A DNA stretch of 64,000 bases from the NCBI GenBank assembly GCA_012295275.1, contig CM022672.1:34348001-34412000 (forward strand), read 5' to 3'. The position numbers were made by a program, and so were the translations under genes. This document shows positions 61,191 to 64,000 of this stretch, piece after piece. The notes below the pieces were generated by a model. That model was given only the letters and a program-made list of their open reading frames with translations, was not told the DNA's origin and made no database searches. Positions within the stretch are counted from its first letter, which is position 1. Each line of letters begins with the position of its first letter. The DNA is from Chrysomallon squamiferum. Its lineage: Eukaryota > Animalia > Mollusca.

Positions 61191-64000
61191 AACACGAAAT
61201 ACAAGGTGATAAACAGGTCTTATGTTGGAAAATAGTCAAGAGACTTTTCCGAAGATTTTCGTGTGGCAAAACCTTGTTATACAGGACAGACTAAAAAAAT
61301 CTATGATATTAAACTTCTGTTTGGTCGAGGTTGTTTATAAAGAGCAGGCGACGTGAGCGTAAAAACGTAGTGAATGAATGTTGTGCGTGAAACACGACCA
61401 GAGAAACGTAATTAAATGGCCGCTACCCAAAGTACTTTCGATTGAGATTAAACACTTTTACTTCACAATACAAGGTCACAATAACAGCAGAGATAATTTT
61501 CCATTCACGCAGTTTTTATTCACACGGGATCTCAACTAGAGGATAAATCAAGCGTTCAAAAGTCAATAGAAACAGGTCAATACAGTGTGGCGGATCAAAA
61601 ACAGCGGCGTTTTTGAGTACTTAGTAGTAGTAGTAGTAGTAGCAGTAGTAGTAATTGTAGTAGTAGTAGTAGTAGCAGTAGTAGTAGTAGTAGTTGTTGT
61701 AGAAGTAGTAGTAGTAATTGTAGTAGTAGTAGTAGTTGTAATAATAGTAGTAATATAATAATAGTGATAGTAATTATATTTGTAATTATAAAAAGATGAA
61801 CAACTACAACTGGAGAAGCACTGAGGTTTGAGCTAGAAACCTGTGATACCTGAACTGACTGGTTTAGCTGGTAACAACGAAGGGAATGTTACACTGCTGT
61901 GTGTTGTATCTGTAACAGACGTATCAACACAGTTCAGTCACTCACTGCAGCTACAACAACCTCGGGACCATGTGTGAGTCGGAACTGCTCACTGAATGTG
62001 CTCTCCACGTTTGTTTACACTCGCTGTTTTTAAATGTGTCTGAGTCACGATCTGGTCTATGATGTCCACGTTTCTTACACAACTTTCCTGTCCCAGTTTC
62101 AATACAACTGTATTAACAGATTTACTTTTTAATCTAGCCGCAGAGAAAAAGACAAAACAGCGTTTAGAAGATGCTTACTTACACTAAAACAATCAAACAC
62201 GCTGGTCCTGGTTGTAGAGAAATGTGGATTAAGATTCTCGTGACCAAGATAGTGGCTGCGGAACAAGCGAGAGAGTCAAACGATTCTCATATTAATACGC
62301 TACTCAGTCGCGATCTCTATACGTGCGTGTTTCAAGGCAGTTAACGTAACCATGACGTGACCAAAGTGTAGTTTGGTTTGTAAGAGTCACGCGTCTTTTT
62401 AAAGGAGACGTAGCAAATAATCTTATGTCTCCCCACATAAACAATCTACCAAGAATAAAGGGGAACCTAGCAAGCAATCACAGACTCCCCTAACTTAGAA
62501 AACAGTAGGTTTCTCTAAATGGAAAACGTAGCAAGCAATCATAGGTCTGTAAAGGGAACCTACAAAACAATCCTAGATCTCACTGAAACCAAGCAAGCAA
62601 TCTCCCTAAAGAGACATTGCAAAGAATAACAGATTTCTCTAAGTGAAAGCTATCATAGACATTCCTAAAGGGGAAACCTAACAAACAATCATAGGTCTCC
62701 CTGATCTGGCATCTATCAAGCATCGTATGTTACTTAGAGAACTTACAAGCACTCACAGATCCCACACACGAGAACTTATGAAGAAATAAGTGGCCACCAT
62801 AAACTGGAAGCTTGGCCGTTCCTAAGCAGAACCTAAAAGCAATCGTAAGTATCGCTGAACGGAACCGAAGTTCATGTTAGCGCAAGGTTTAAAGACGTTT
62901 CTCCAGTATCGTAATTAATACGGGATTAACTTTTAACTGGAGCCTGTGAACTTGTGTTCTGTCTGCGTCACAGAAACCTGATTCATCCTCTGTGAGACTA
63001 GTTTGAATAACTCAACAGTTAAACTGAAGAAAACTGATCACAGAGTAAACGTTAAACGGTTTGTCTAAATACTGGAGCACTTCATTGTTTGTGGAAATCA
63101 CTGGGAGAAAAATACATTTTATATTTCATATTATACACTATTGTTGTTACTACTACTATTTACAAACACACGTACACACACACACCGACACTGTGTGTGT
63201 GTGTGTGTGAATGTGCGTGTATATAATTATTAGATCAATAAAATGAAATACTAAGAAAAGAGTATTTTTAACGTGTTTCTAACAGCTGTAGTTGTAGTAG
63301 TTAGTAATTTTAGCAGAATTCTATTGTAAAAGCAGCAGAAGTAATGTTAGCAACAGCAATACAAGATCAGTGATGGTTGTTGTAGTAGTAGTTTTAGTTG
63401 TGGTTGCAGTGACAGTAACATTACCTGCGATAGAAATTGTAGTGAAAGTGATAGTGACGTAGTTGACGGTAATGGTAGCAACGTTAGTGGAAGGTAGTTG
63501 TTGCTGCTGCTGTTGTTGTAGTATCGGCAGAGGGAGTATAAGTATAAACAGAAGAAAAAACAGCAGGTGTAGTAGGTATTGTAAAACAGATTTTCATAAA
63601 TATTTCGTCTTTGATTTGGTTCTGTGTTGATGGATGTAAGTAAACCAAACCCGTTATGACACTAATCTTAGTATTTAACACTCGTCGTTTGGTAAAAGCT
63701 GTTTACACGATACAATTAGTAACTAACCTTTTTTTTCTGTAGATTTGGCATTGGGCCCCCCACAGAAAAATAACAGTAATTAAAAAATAAAAAAGAAGAA
63801 GAAGAAGAAGAAGAAAAATAAAAAGAATAAAATAAAATAAATTAAAATAAAATGAATTGAAAAAAAAAAAAAGATATGAAATGAAATGAGCTAGCTTGAT
63901 AAAGAGATTAAAAACTGAAAAATCTATAATAATAGGGATTGTTACTGACAACGTTGAGTTGCATCTAATTAATTACTTCGACTGCAAAACAAGAATAATT

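Noticed and set aside
63728-63790. Possible signal-peptide end ITVIFLWGAQCQIYRKK with phase-2 donor (-); a similar candidate lies at ~60232-60280
   Set aside because: Phase-compatible, but no in-frame ATG or convincing acceptor was found, so it is left unassigned.

Overview
AT-rich, microsatellite-dense animal genomic DNA with spliceosomal introns. It is probably lophotrochozoan, possibly a cephalopod-like mollusc; this is inferred from the NKY-like peptide and repeat content. Nearly all ORFs in the supplied track are microsatellite artefacts, so genes were rebuilt by hand from GT-AG exons and exon phases. (1) 1-27.6 kb holds a cluster of secreted proteins made of Ly6/uPAR (three-finger)-like Cys domains (C..CY..WW..T..C...C..CC....CN) joined by Thr-rich mucin linkers. 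These are a 5'-truncated gene A (+), a 2-domain gene B (+), a 20-exon 7-domain gene C (-), and a head-to-head inverted copy D (+) that keeps only its first two exons and its last exon. (2) 27.4-49.3 kb is a tandem segmental array. Its units combine an orphan copy of the last three-finger exon, an unexplained 86-nt exon, a secreted prepropeptide resembling lophotrochozoan NKY-1 neuropeptide but lacking the amidation Gly (3 copies), and a tRNA-derived SINE. (3) 51.4-58.8 kb (-) is an EGFL7/EGFL8-like gene with a MULE transposase remnant and minisatellites in its introns. Genes B and C each carry one frameshift, which may be real or a sequencing error.
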